Source: Camelus ferus
Lineage: Eukaryota
Length of the DNA: 64,000 nucleotides
Direction of reading: 5' to 3'
Assembly (NCBI RefSeq): GCF_009834535.1
Contig: NC_045697.1
Coordinates: 88,600,001 to 88,664,000, forward strand
The position numbers and the translations under genes were made by a program. The notes beneath the pieces were generated by a model that made no database searches, had not been told where the DNA came from, and was given only the letters and a program-made list of their open reading frames with translations. Positions 53,135 through 64,000 of this stretch are shown one piece after another; position 1 is the stretch's first letter; each line of letters begins with the position of its first letter.

Positions 53135-53640
53135 ATATTCATTTACTCAGGAGCTATTTACTGAGCACCTGATATGTGCAAACATTATTCTAGACAGTCC
53201 GCCTTCTGCTTTTGGAGCCTACAGTGTGGTAGGAAGGAAACTGAAAATAAAATAAGAACACCAAAAAGTCTGATATGATAATGTGTTAGGAAACACACAC
53301 ACACACACACACACCAGAATAACATAAAAGGTGATGGTGGAAGGGTGAAGGGTGTGTAATTCAGTGGGGTTAGTCAGGAGAGGAAGAGGATCTGATGTTT
53401 GAAATAAAGCCTAAATAATGAGGTGGAGCCATCCATGAGGGAAGGTTTCCAGGCAGCATTAAAAAGAAAAAATGCAAACCCCTAAAGTGGAAATAAACTT
53501 CAATGTAATGGAGAAGAAAAAGAAAAGTAACTTCAGAAGTTGTGGGAAATATTATTGAGCAGGAGAGAAATTGATAGCAAGGTGAAAATGGAAAGGCAGT
53601 TGTGCCAGGTTATGTAATCTATGGTTAGAGGTTTGGATTT
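53135..53640 (-). mobile_element. L2 remnant containing an (AC)n microsatellite (53293-53314)
   Basis: attcatttactca...tatttactgagcacctgatatgtgca; continues at ~54250-54490 after the L1 insertion. Confidence 0.6.
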
Positions 53641-53651
53641 GATTTTACTAA

Positions 53652-54180
53652 TTTTTTTAATTATGGAAAGAACACTACACATGGGATCTGTCCTTTTAAA
53701 TTTTTAAGTGTACAATACAGTACAATGTTGTACATTAAGTCTGTAGGGCTTATTTATCTTGCATAACTGAAACTTTATATCCATCGAAAAGCAATTCTCC
53801 ATTTTCCACTGTACCCAGCACCTGCCAACCACCATCCTACTCTGTGTCTACGATTTTGACTATTTTAGATATGTTACTTAAGTGGAATCACTCAGTGTTT
53901 TTCTGTGATTGACTTATTTCACTTAGCATAATGTCCAGGATTATCCATGTTATCATATATGGAAAGATTTCCTTCTCTTTATGGCTGAACAATATTCCAT
54001 TGTGTATATATTCCAAATTTTCTTTATCCATTCCCCTTTTGATGGACATTTAGGTTGTTTTCAAATCTTGGCTATTGTGGTAGTGCTATAATGAACATGG
54101 GGGCACAGATATTTCTTAGAGATTGATTTCAGGTCTTTTGAATACATGTCCAGAGATGGGATTGCTGGATTTATATGGCT
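53652..54180 (-). mobile_element. L1 3' end (L1MA-like)
   Basis: tttaagtgtacaatacagta, ttatttatcttgcataactgaaactttata, cttatttcacttagcataatgtcc, atggacatttaggttgttt, gggattgctggat. Confidence 0.85.
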
Positions 54181-55144
54181 TATTTTTCATTCAAGCTAAA
54201 ATAAAATCCAACCCCCCAAAACTTTAACTTATATAAAAGGTAATTAAATAATTATTAAGTAGAAGAATGCTATGTGTGATTTTCTTTAAAAACAGGTAAC
54301 TTCTGGGTGGAAAATGGAATATGGTGGGCTGGGAGAGGAGCAGAGGCAGAGATATGAAGTGTGGGCTATTTTTAGTCCAGATAAAGTAAGATGGCTTGGA
54401 TTGGGGAATGTTGAGCAGATGAAGAGGAGGAGGTAAGGATATGCTTTTAGAGGTAGAGTCACAGGACTTGGGGATAGAATGGATGGCATGGGATGGATGA
54501 CATGAATGGGATGAAATGCTGGACTTGTAAGAGTTCTTATGCTCCTGGATTTTGTTTTCAGTATTTAGAGCTCAATGCTGGTCATCCTTGAAGATAAATA
54601 ATCATGCATATCTATTTTATTTCTCCAAATAAAATTTTAAAGTGGAATTGCCAGATCAGAGAATTTCCACACCTTTAAAAGACTTTGACACTTATTTCCA
54701 ACACTGTTCATAAAAGTGTACCATCACAACTCCCACCAATAGTTCACAAAAGTGTCATTTCTCAGGATGACCACTTACTCCAATTATTATTACTTTTGTT
54801 AATCTGTGCCATTTTGCCAGAGGAAAAATATATCTGATTTGTAGTCTTTAAAAATATTTCTTTGACACTATCGAGGATTTTTTTAATGTGTTCTACATTT
54901 GCCTTTCTTCTTTTATAAATTAGCAGTATATGGTCTTCTGACTATTTTCCTTAGTAATTTTCATCTTTTTATATTCATTTATCAGAAATCTTTATTGTTA
55001 CTAACATTTCTGTAAACATTGAAAATATTCCTATAGTTTTTAATAACATTCATTTAATTATGAAGTGTTTTGATGTTTGTTAAATGCTATAAAACTATAT
55101 ATCATTGGTTTCCTCCTTGTGACATCTATGTTTGTATGAACAAT

Positions 55145-55565
55145 TGATGAAATAAAAATTCTTACTCCACTTTTGATGTTTAGCTTCCGACAACTTTTAA
55201 GCCTCAGATCTCATTTCTCTCCTGCTCCCCATCTGGGCAAGCTGATAAGAACGCCAAGTGCACCCTTGCTTTGGTGCCAGGCAGGGGAGACTCAAATCAT
55301 GCAAGTTCCTCTTCGCACATGGGAACCCTCATCTAAAAGTCACTCCTAACCACAGTAAAAACCCCAAGACAGTCTCCTTCCCTTGCTCTCTCAAGCTATT
55401 TTCAGACCAGCTTGGGAGACTTGCCCCATCCATCCCCCAAAGCCTCATTATGTGAGTAATAAATGTTTTCACATCCTCTTGGTGTGTGTGTGGCATCATC
55501 TGTCTTGACATCTGAACTAGATCATGGTTGAGGGTCTGTTCTGTTTCTGCAGAGTAGCCACAATA
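55145..55565 (+). mobile_element. Solo ERVL-class LTR (MER54-like)
   Basis: actccacttttgatgttt...catctgggcaagctgataagaa...agcctcattatgtgagtaataaa...ggtgtgtgtgtggcatcatc. Confidence 0.7.
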
Positions 55566-57147
55566 CTTAGGAAGGACAATTGCAACCATGAGTCTGTTAA
55601 CTATTTGCCAATATTTCCTTCCATTTCTTGAATCTGTTAAAAAAAAAAAAAAAAAAACTTAGACTATCCAAGATTAAAAATATAAAAGGCAAATGACAAT
55701 TTTCAAAGGCAGTCAAGAAGGCATTCACCTTCTTTGTCATTTCTCAGCTAATGTAATTGGATAGAAGGTTTTGATTATTTGCTATGGACCAGAAACCACA
55801 CTACATATTTTTATTGATTTATCTCATTTAATACTTAGATCTTTGTGGAAAATGGTATAAGTATTGTATGTATTGATAAAAATATATTCTCCCTCTTTAC
55901 AGATGAGGAAATCAAAGCTTAGATAGATTACATAAACTGAAGTCAGGTTTGTAAGCCATTGGATGTAACTTAGAACTCGGTTCATGTAAGTGGAGACATT
56001 CCAAAAATGTATTTCCTTGAAATGATTTCCATGCATTCTCCCTGTAAAATCTGTAAGGCAGCTGAAAGAAATGCCAATTAATGTTGTCATCATTGCAGGT
56101 TACATTAACTTCAATCTCCAAGTTGGAAGTAATTTTAAATAATAAGTAATTTTTTATGGAAATCAAGATTGTGTGATACCACTTTCTGTTCTCATGAATC
56201 TTAATTTGGCGGAAACTTGTTAAAGGTATTTGCTACAGTCACATACTGATTTCTCTTCCTGTACTTAAAGAAAGAGTCAATACAAGGAAAAATGAAGGAC
56301 ATTCTCAAATATCAGCAGTGCACCTGTTAATTGAGGGGCATAAGTAAGCCTTGGCAGACCTGCAATGTCAAGAATTGGTGAGGGTCAAAATAAACATGGT
56401 CAGTGAAAAGTAGTTAGACAAGATATCTGAAGATAAACCCATATTTTACATGTCACATTTGTCATCACATGCCCTTCATACTTAATCACATATCACCATG
56501 GTTACTACTTCAGACAGGTTTCCAAGCTTTGATTTTCTATTTCATACTTAAGTGAATGAATAAATTTCCTAGACATCAGTGTTACCCTTTAGGTAGTAAC
56601 CAATGCTAAGCACATCATGTGCAAATGCACTGAAAAATGTCTCATGTATGTACTTAACGTCAGAGAGGAATCGAAATGATTTCTTTATTTTCTTATCATA
56701 GAAATGTACTTACAAAAAGGAAACGTGTATGTATTTAAAACCTTATTTCAAGTATCACCACAAATACATTATACATAAGAATTATTTTTTCAGGTAAGTG
56801 TTCACAGTAATAAAATTTTCTGAACTAGAAAAGAGAAAGGTATATCATCCTATTAAGAGGGTCTATTTATTTTTGTTATTTTGTAGAATTGTATTCTTTA
56901 CTGACATCTTTCTTCTTTTATCCGTATATTCCCTTAAGCTAGAATAATTAAATATTTAGGCTTTTATCATTTTTCCCTGGAAATTTTTGATCATATCTTT
57001 ATGATCTTGTCAAGGTAGCTAATAGCATTTTTTCTTTATGGAAACTATGTCAATTTTATGAAATAATATATACATTATCATATGAACTAGGGAGTTCAAT
57101 AAAAATGTGTTGATTGATCCATTTTAAATCATGAGCCTTAAAAATGA

Positions 57148-57232
57148 CATGCATACATATATATATATATATATATACACATTTATACAAGGGTATGTAC
57201 ATGTGTATATATACACACATGTACACACACGT
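57148..57232. repeat. (TA)n/(CA)n compound microsatellite
   Basis: catatatatatatatatatatacac...tgtacacacacgta. Confidence 0.8.
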
Positions 57233-57640
57233 ATTTCTACTTAAGGATACAAATAAGATGTGGAATAAATAAGATGCTTTCCATGTAAAAACTTTCCACC
57301 ATAATGGCTGTATTATAGCTATGTATAAACATATATTTATGTATGTATAAGTAAAATATATATAAATTAGAACCATATAAAATAGCTATATAGATTATAT
57401 AATAGCTATAACTTTATCCCTGTCTTGAAATGCAATTTTTCTCTGTGATTCCATCTAGTAGAAGAATGTCAATTACTGCCTTTTTTCTTTTTGTTCTATA
57501 ATCATACAGGACTCAGGGTAAGAAATAAGCATTGCAGTAACTTAGAACCACTGAGCATAGCCAGTTGTACAGCATTTTCCTACCCACTGCCACTGTTGTG
57601 ATTTCTGAGATGACTATTATGCTTTTTCCTTAGGGTTTTT

Positions 57641-57784
57641 TCTTTTTTCTTTTCTTTTTTTTTTTTTTTTTGAAGTACAGTCAGTTACAACGTGTCAATC
57701 TCTGGTGCACAGCACAATGTCCCAGGCATGCATATACATACATATATTCGTCTTCATGTTCTTTTTCATTAAAGGTTATTAAAA
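57641..57784 (-). mobile_element. Very short 5'-truncated young L1 3' end
   Basis: Poly-T tail then gaagtacagtcagttacaacgtgtcaatctctggtg. 14-bp TSD tccttagggttttt / tccttagagttttt with 1 mismatch. Confidence 0.8.
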
Positions 57785-59043
57785 TCCTTAGAGTTTTTAA
57801 ACTTGTGTCTTTAGATGTCTATGTCTATATTTTGGCCCAAATAATTAATTCAAAATCTCATTTTTTTAACTGCCAACACATTTAAGCATCTTTTCCTATT
57901 TTCAATGTCTTTTATAATTACCTTTTCATTCCTTTGCAAATTTATCTATTAAGTCATTTATCTTTTTCAAGTTGATTTGTAGGAGTTTCAAACGTTCTTT
58001 CAATCTATGGCTTTATTTGGACATTAACTATGATAAATTTTGACATGCACAAAACTTTGCTTTTATTCAGCTAATTGTTCTTAACAGCTCTTTTCCCCCC
58101 CTTTTTGGAAGGCCCTCCACATACAAAGTATATTTTTTAAAGACAGATTTTTTTTCTTTTGAAAATCTTCTACTATGCACAGAATAAAGTCATCTTCTTT
58201 ATTGTATTGCTCCTTATGCTACTAGGATATTTTTCATTCAGATCTTAGATTTACCAAGAATTAGTTGTTATGCAAGGGTATGAATTGGAAATGTACATTA
58301 CTTTTGTTCCAAGTACAAATACAAATCTTATGACAATTTTTTTATACATAAGAATGGTTCTGAACGTTTCATTCCACAGAATTCCAAATAATTAAAAATA
58401 ACACTGTCAACCCAATTTTGCAAGCATCTTCATTTCATTAGAATTGATCATCAATCTAACTTATTCTCATTTAATTCACATTCTCAGAAATTCTTCTTCC
58501 TTTTCATCTGCTAATGGCTTCCTTCCAATACTGGTAAAGATTCATTTAATTTTTATGTTTCTTCTCTTATCAAGTGAGATTCTGCAAAAGGGAGATTTAA
58601 AAAAAACCCTTGCATTTGTTCAGCCATTGTGAAACAAAAATGGATATTTAATTTATATTTTATATTTGGACTTTAAATTTTTATGTTACTTTATATATTC
58701 ATAAATTATTCTGAAAAGCAAATAATCATGCCATAAGCCACTTTTATAAAAGAATATTTGTACTTATTAAATATCTAATAAATAACTAGAATTATTAAAT
58801 ATACATCTGATAATCAAAATTATCTTACAAGGTATTTATTAGCCTTATGGAAAATTATGTGAGTGTATGTGTGTTTTGTTGTCATTATTCATCCAATAGC
58901 CATCTCCAAATACATACTTTCTTACAAATAGAACCCTAGTTTCCTTTCCCTACTCCAAGTGAATGTGAATGGTTTAAAACCTTCCCAGATTCAGGCGTAA
59001 GTCTTTACACATTGGAGCCTTTCATTCCCTTTGCCTCATAAAT

Positions 59044-59125
59044 TGTGAAGGCTCTGAGATTTTACCCTACTTTCTGGCTAACAAGTTAGGCGGCCACAGC
59101 ACCATAGTTTCTGGTAGAAGACACA
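59044..59125. mobile_element. LTR terminal fragment (MER21/MER68/MER77-like)
   Basis: tgtgaaggctctgagattttaccctactt...gctaacaagttag...ggtagaagacac. Confidence 0.55.
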
Positions 59126-59699
59126 TTATTTAGTTGCATGAAATGAAGCACAGTATAATACCCACTGCAGATAAAAGTACTATCAAAGATAATAAATCTA
59201 GAACTTACATGTAATATTTAATATAAATATTTGTATTTAATTTTTCTTTTATCATTGATAAATAATACATGATTTTTCTACAATTTAACAAAATTTATAC
59301 TTTTGTGTGTCTGAATTCTATGATGATCCTTGAGACTTTTAGGGGCTGTATTCTCAACAATTACCTGACAAACTTGACTACTAAACATTTCACCAAATGT
59401 GTTCAGCTTTTCCTGTGCTCCTGCCTTTATTCCTGCCAATCCTCATACATAGAAGGCCTTTGATTCCATGTATCAAAACCCATGCTATCCTTCCAGAAGC
59501 CACGTTTTTGCATTACATTTTGCATTTAACTCCTTGTACTTTAATAATGTTTACATTTGAATACAATGTCTTTAGAAATGTTTAATTGCCTTCCTATGAA
59601 AACTAATATCCACAGAGCCAGGCATCCGACAACTGTTAATGGTAGTCATGACTTTTTCTGCACTTATCCCACTTGCAATGTACAGCAGATGCTCTCTAT

Positions 59700-60135
59700 G
59701 CCTTTCTCATTGCCCCCTTTTCAAATGTATTAAACATGCCAACATGTTTGTCTTTGTGCCTGAGAGGTTTTTCTTTCTCCTTGAAACTGCTGAAAGATGT
59801 AACACTCATGCTTGGAACTCACCATCATTACCACTACCAGCAGCTCTCAATGAATGACTGTCTGGAGCTGGTGTATGAATAGCCAAGGTCCCTTATTCTT
59901 TGGGTAGAATAATTTTTAAAGATACGATTTTCATTTTTCCTCAGAATTATATGGTGCTCTAGGCCCACATAAATAGCTCTGATGCACTTATAATACCTCA
60001 CCACTACTGACAACTTTCCCTTTCCTGTATGAAGTCCCTCACTTTCAAGTATTAAGCTCTTTGCACTTCCAAGTAATTACCTGACCTCGAATTCCTGTCT
60101 CTGGATCTGGCTCTGAAAGAACCCACACTAAGGCA
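59700..60135 (+). mobile_element. LTR16-like 5' LTR of an ERVL provirus
   Basis: Ends ...gaacccacactaaggca, resembling the LTR16-type gaacccaaactaagaca. Contains gcagctctcaatgaatgactg. The left bound is approximate. Confidence 0.6.
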
Positions 60136-63100
60136 GTTGACTGGAATAGTCCTCAAAAGCAGTTCCTGGATCACTATAGTCAAATGACGAGAGGCTCATT
60201 CTGGGAGTATAACCCCTGGAATGCTATTATTGAAATTATTCAATCTTATCTGGAGTGAATTGAAATAGGCTTGAGATCAAAGGGGATGTGCTGATTATGT
60301 AGTTTTTCAAACATTCAGATCATACGATAATAATGGGAATTTCCAGATCATCGCTGAAAGTGGAGTTCATCTTGCAAAAGAACCCAAAACACCATTGCAA
60401 GCATATGGAGTAGTGATTCCTCCCAATATTCCCCAAAGGAACTTTATGTCATTTATCAGAATATCATATAATATATGCCCTGGGGAAATAAGTATACTTA
60501 AATTTTTAGAATATTTGAATACAGAATCTAAGATAAAAATATACTTGGAGACTCCAGATTTATGGAGTTAGTTGCCATTAAGTGCCAACGATACAGTAAG
60601 AAAAGGAAAGGACAGATTGAGTTTAGCCAATCACCAATTTAGATCACAATGTAAGAGCCAGAAGTTCTGCACATAAGAGCCAAAGACCCCCGTGGCCTGA
60701 AGTTGGTAGCTTACAGGCATAAAAACAAGTCCCAGGATCAGATTGTGAGTCAAGCAAAATTACAGTGTTCATTTTGCTTTTTTTTCTCTTTCCCAGTCCC
60801 AGCAGGCCTTTGTTGCTAAAGTAATGACTATGATACAGAAGTCCCGGGACCCTGAAATTTGGACAAGAACATCTGTGTGCATGTACTTAACAACTTTGAA
60901 CCTCCAGCCGCTGTGAGTGACCTCGGTCTGCAGAAGCCACCCACTGCCTCCCACTCAAGGATGGAAGGTTGCCCTTGTCTGGAGACCATGCAGAGGCCTT
61001 GCAGGAGGCAGATGCTTCAAACAATGATAGCGTTTCTCTTTGAGGTTTGACCTCATCTCTCCTTGGAAATTCTAGGCGAATAATGAGGATCATGTTTCAG
61101 CATGGCCCAGGGGAAGCATTTTTCCTCCTTCAGAAGGAAAATAGTTATCACTAACAGAGCTCAGGGCCATGGCTAACTTCTATCTACTGCCAGGAAACAT
61201 TAGAAGCTTCCTGGGAATGGTTCATTAGGATGCTCGGCTATAATGTCTTGATAGAGTATTGAGGAAGGAACAAAAGGGGAAGAGTGAAAGGGCTTATTCC
61301 CAAAGACCAGCTAACTCTATCCCTTAATAGAGACCAGAGACACCTACTTTACTGTAACAACAACAGTGGTGAGAAGGGCACTAGATTTATTAAGAAGCTC
61401 ACTGTTGGCTATTTCTTGTAAGTCAGGGTTGACAGTCGGGTAAACCTCTATGGTACTGGGCTCTCTAGGGGCAATGGAGGTACTACAGCTCTGGAAGAGT
61501 AGGGGTCATGTGATAGCATTTAACTGCTGGAAGCAAAGTGGATGTCATCTGAAGGAACCTGACTTGCAGGTTAACATGTCGTGATGTCCCAAGAGCTGAG
61601 ATAGAGTTAAAGATGACAAGCCTTTCCCCCGACTTACATAATCAAAAAGATCAAGACTGAGAGAACTGAAACCACAATGGAAAACCATGATGTCTCATCC
61701 AGTTTCCACATATGGGGCAGTCTTATCACCCCTAGCTCATCATTGAACGTGGAGGCCAGTTCATCCTGCAAAAGAACCCAAAACACCATCACAAGTATAT
61801 TGAGTAATGTCTTCCCTCAATAATACCCAAAGGAACCTTAAGTCATTTGTCAGAATGTTATATATTATATACACTGGGAAAATAAGTATACTTTACTTTT
61901 TAGAATTTTTGAATACAGAATCTAAGATAAAAATAATACTTGGAAACTCAAAACACCATTATGGCCCTACTGTTAGAGGGGGGGACATCTAGAAGCCAGG
62001 TGATAAATGGGATCCTGGCCAAAGCCTGTCCCACAGTGTGCCATTTGGTTCTCCAGGCCTACCAGGTGCTTCCCCTGGATGTGTATACTTCACTGCTGGC
62101 TTGATTCACACACTGGTTTCTTGTCCTCTGGAGTAAAAGTCATAATGGTAGGAATGGCCAAGAGGAAGCCTTCACACTACTCTCTTTTCTCTGGCCAATG
62201 TGGCAAATAAAAAGAAATGCTGTACTCTGGGTAGAATGGTTAAGATTAATGCCACTCTTAATAAAAGGATCCAGGGGTCATAGTTCTAATTACCATCTCT
62301 ATTTTACTAGCCTGGTCCCTAAAATAAGGTCACATGGATTACAGCAACGACAGTTCAAGTACCATAAATTATTCAAGTAGTAGTCCTGATCACAGCTGTT
62401 ATATTGTATGTGGTATCTTTACTAGAAGATACTACATAAACTCTGGTAGTTGGGTATCTGGATATTGATTTAGCAAATACATTGTTTCAGTCCCTGTCAT
62501 GGAGACTCAGAATCATTTACATCCACCTGAAATGAACAGCACTATAGATTCAATTTTGTCACTGGCTGATGTTAACTCTCACCGCTTACCACAAAGTTAG
62601 AAGGGACTTTGATCACCTGGACATTTCATATTATATCACACTGATATACTGCACTGAGGGCACAATGTTAATCTGACCTAAAAGCAAGTAGCAAGTGCAC
62701 TGGATGCCCTGGTAAAACCATGTGTATCATAGGGTAGAAGATAAATCATAAAAAGTTCCAGAATATGTCACACAAGTATAGTTTTTAAGTGTCCAGACAT
62801 TACAGGTATGTCAAGATTATCCCCTCCAAGATAAAGGACCAGCTACGACACCTTGCACCCACTGCCGCTAAGAAAAAGACACAGAGTTTGGGAGGCTTCT
62901 TCATATTTTGAAGAGAGCACACATCACACTTGAAAATACAGCTCCATCCCCATTTATCAAAAGATTTGGAAAGCTGTCAGTTTAAAATTATCTGGCACAT
63001 TAAAAAGCTGTCCTAAAATATCTGACAAGCCCTAATAAAAGTGTCATAGCACAGACCCTGGAGGGGTTTTAGGGCAAGGACATACCAGCTGCTTCAAAGA

Positions 63101-64000
63101 AGTATTCACTGTTTTAAAAGCAGCTCCTGACTTGCTATTCAGCCCTAGTACATGCCGGGCAACTGAGCATGAGGCATTAAGTGACTTTGCAACCAGAGCT
63201 GCCCTTCATGAGCCAAGTATTATAAAAACCACCAAATCTCAGAGGTGATCAGATGGAAAGCAATCCATCACACAATTGAAATTAAACATTCGTGAATCAG
63301 GCCCAGTCAGATTAGTGGGCACAAGTAACTTACAATGCAGGTGACCACGCTGTCTCACGAGTGCCCCTCCCACAGCTTCTACCTGTGGCCCCTTAGGAGA
63401 AGAACTGAGGCCTGATTCATAATGACTGGGTAGACATATCGGCACAAACTTAGATGCACTGCTGTTCTGTGAGAGTCCCTCTAAAGTGTGCCTCTGAGTG
63501 ACAGTGAGGGGAGAGAGAGAGCTCAGTGTCAGAGCTTCAAATAAATCTGTGTAGAGGGAGAGCAGACCTCAGATAAATCCTGAGCAGCAGCAAATGGCTT
63601 AGCTGATTGACTAGGGACCTGAAATAATGTTTAAACATGAGACAAGCAGTTCTTGTGGGGAAACACATGGATGCACCCGTAGGGTTAGGCACAGAGATGG
63701 TGAATCTCTGCGTCTCTCACCGATTTTCACTAAAGAACATTCACGGCAGAGGAGGTATTGTAGCACAAAACAAAGATAAGTTGCCTCAGAGAGATCGTAG
63801 CACCACTAAATGTAGCATGCTAAAATGAAAGGTATGGTTACACCGGACTGGTCAGTAAACCAGCAGGCAAAGAAGGAGTTCTTATGCCAGAATAGGAAAT
63901 TGACCCTGATGATTAGGAGGAGATCAGACGCTGCTGTGGGGAGAGAGATTTGCGTGGGAGCTCTTCTGTGTCTCTATGTCTAGTCACCATCATAAATGGG
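60136..64000 (+). mobile_element. Decayed ERVL (class III) internal region with gag/pro/RT remnants
   Basis: Protease-like FLEFLNTESKIKIILGNS (~61895-61950), RT-like QVVVLITAVILYVVSLLED (~62375) and DIDLANTLF (62461), and PSKIKDQLRHLAPTAAKKKTQSLGGFF (~62823). Many stops and frameshifts. Confidence 0.85.

Noticed and set aside
872..63828. Short ORFs (60-112 aa) in the supplied track as genes
   Set aside because: They are low-complexity, show no recognisable domains, and many overlap repeats. They are consistent with chance in AT-rich DNA. The only homology signals are decayed L1/ERVL.
60136..64000. Domesticated or intact ERVL gag/pol gene
   Set aside because: Dense stops and frameshifts are present. 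The protease DTG and RT YxDD motifs are lost.

Overview
This is AT-rich mammalian genomic DNA, most likely from a camelid (alpaca/llama/camel). The taxonomy call rests on a tRNA-Ala-derived Vic-1-type SINE and cetartiodactyl-type L1 3' ends. The window looks intergenic or deep-intronic. I found no recognisable protein-coding gene, RNA gene, CRISPR array or prokaryotic feature, and the short ORFs in the track look like noise or decayed transposon sequence. Identifiable content is mostly interspersed repeats: solo ERV LTRs with target-site duplications, MaLR (MLT1) LTRs and internal sequence, a decayed ERVL provirus running off the right end (about 59.7-64 kb), L1, L2 and MIR fragments, and a Tigger2-type fragment. 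The most notable structures are: (1) a solo LTR at 14262-14781 whose end carries a 26-nt copy of the tRNA-Arg 3' end between two copies of the LTR terminus; (2) two local templated duplications, a ~200 bp ERVL protease segment and a 70 bp segment at an L1 5' junction; (3) several isolated exon-like or recursive-splice-like signatures that hint at unannotated spliced transcription. I see no convincing evidence for a wholly new biological system. Repeat family names come from recall of consensus sequences, not a database search.
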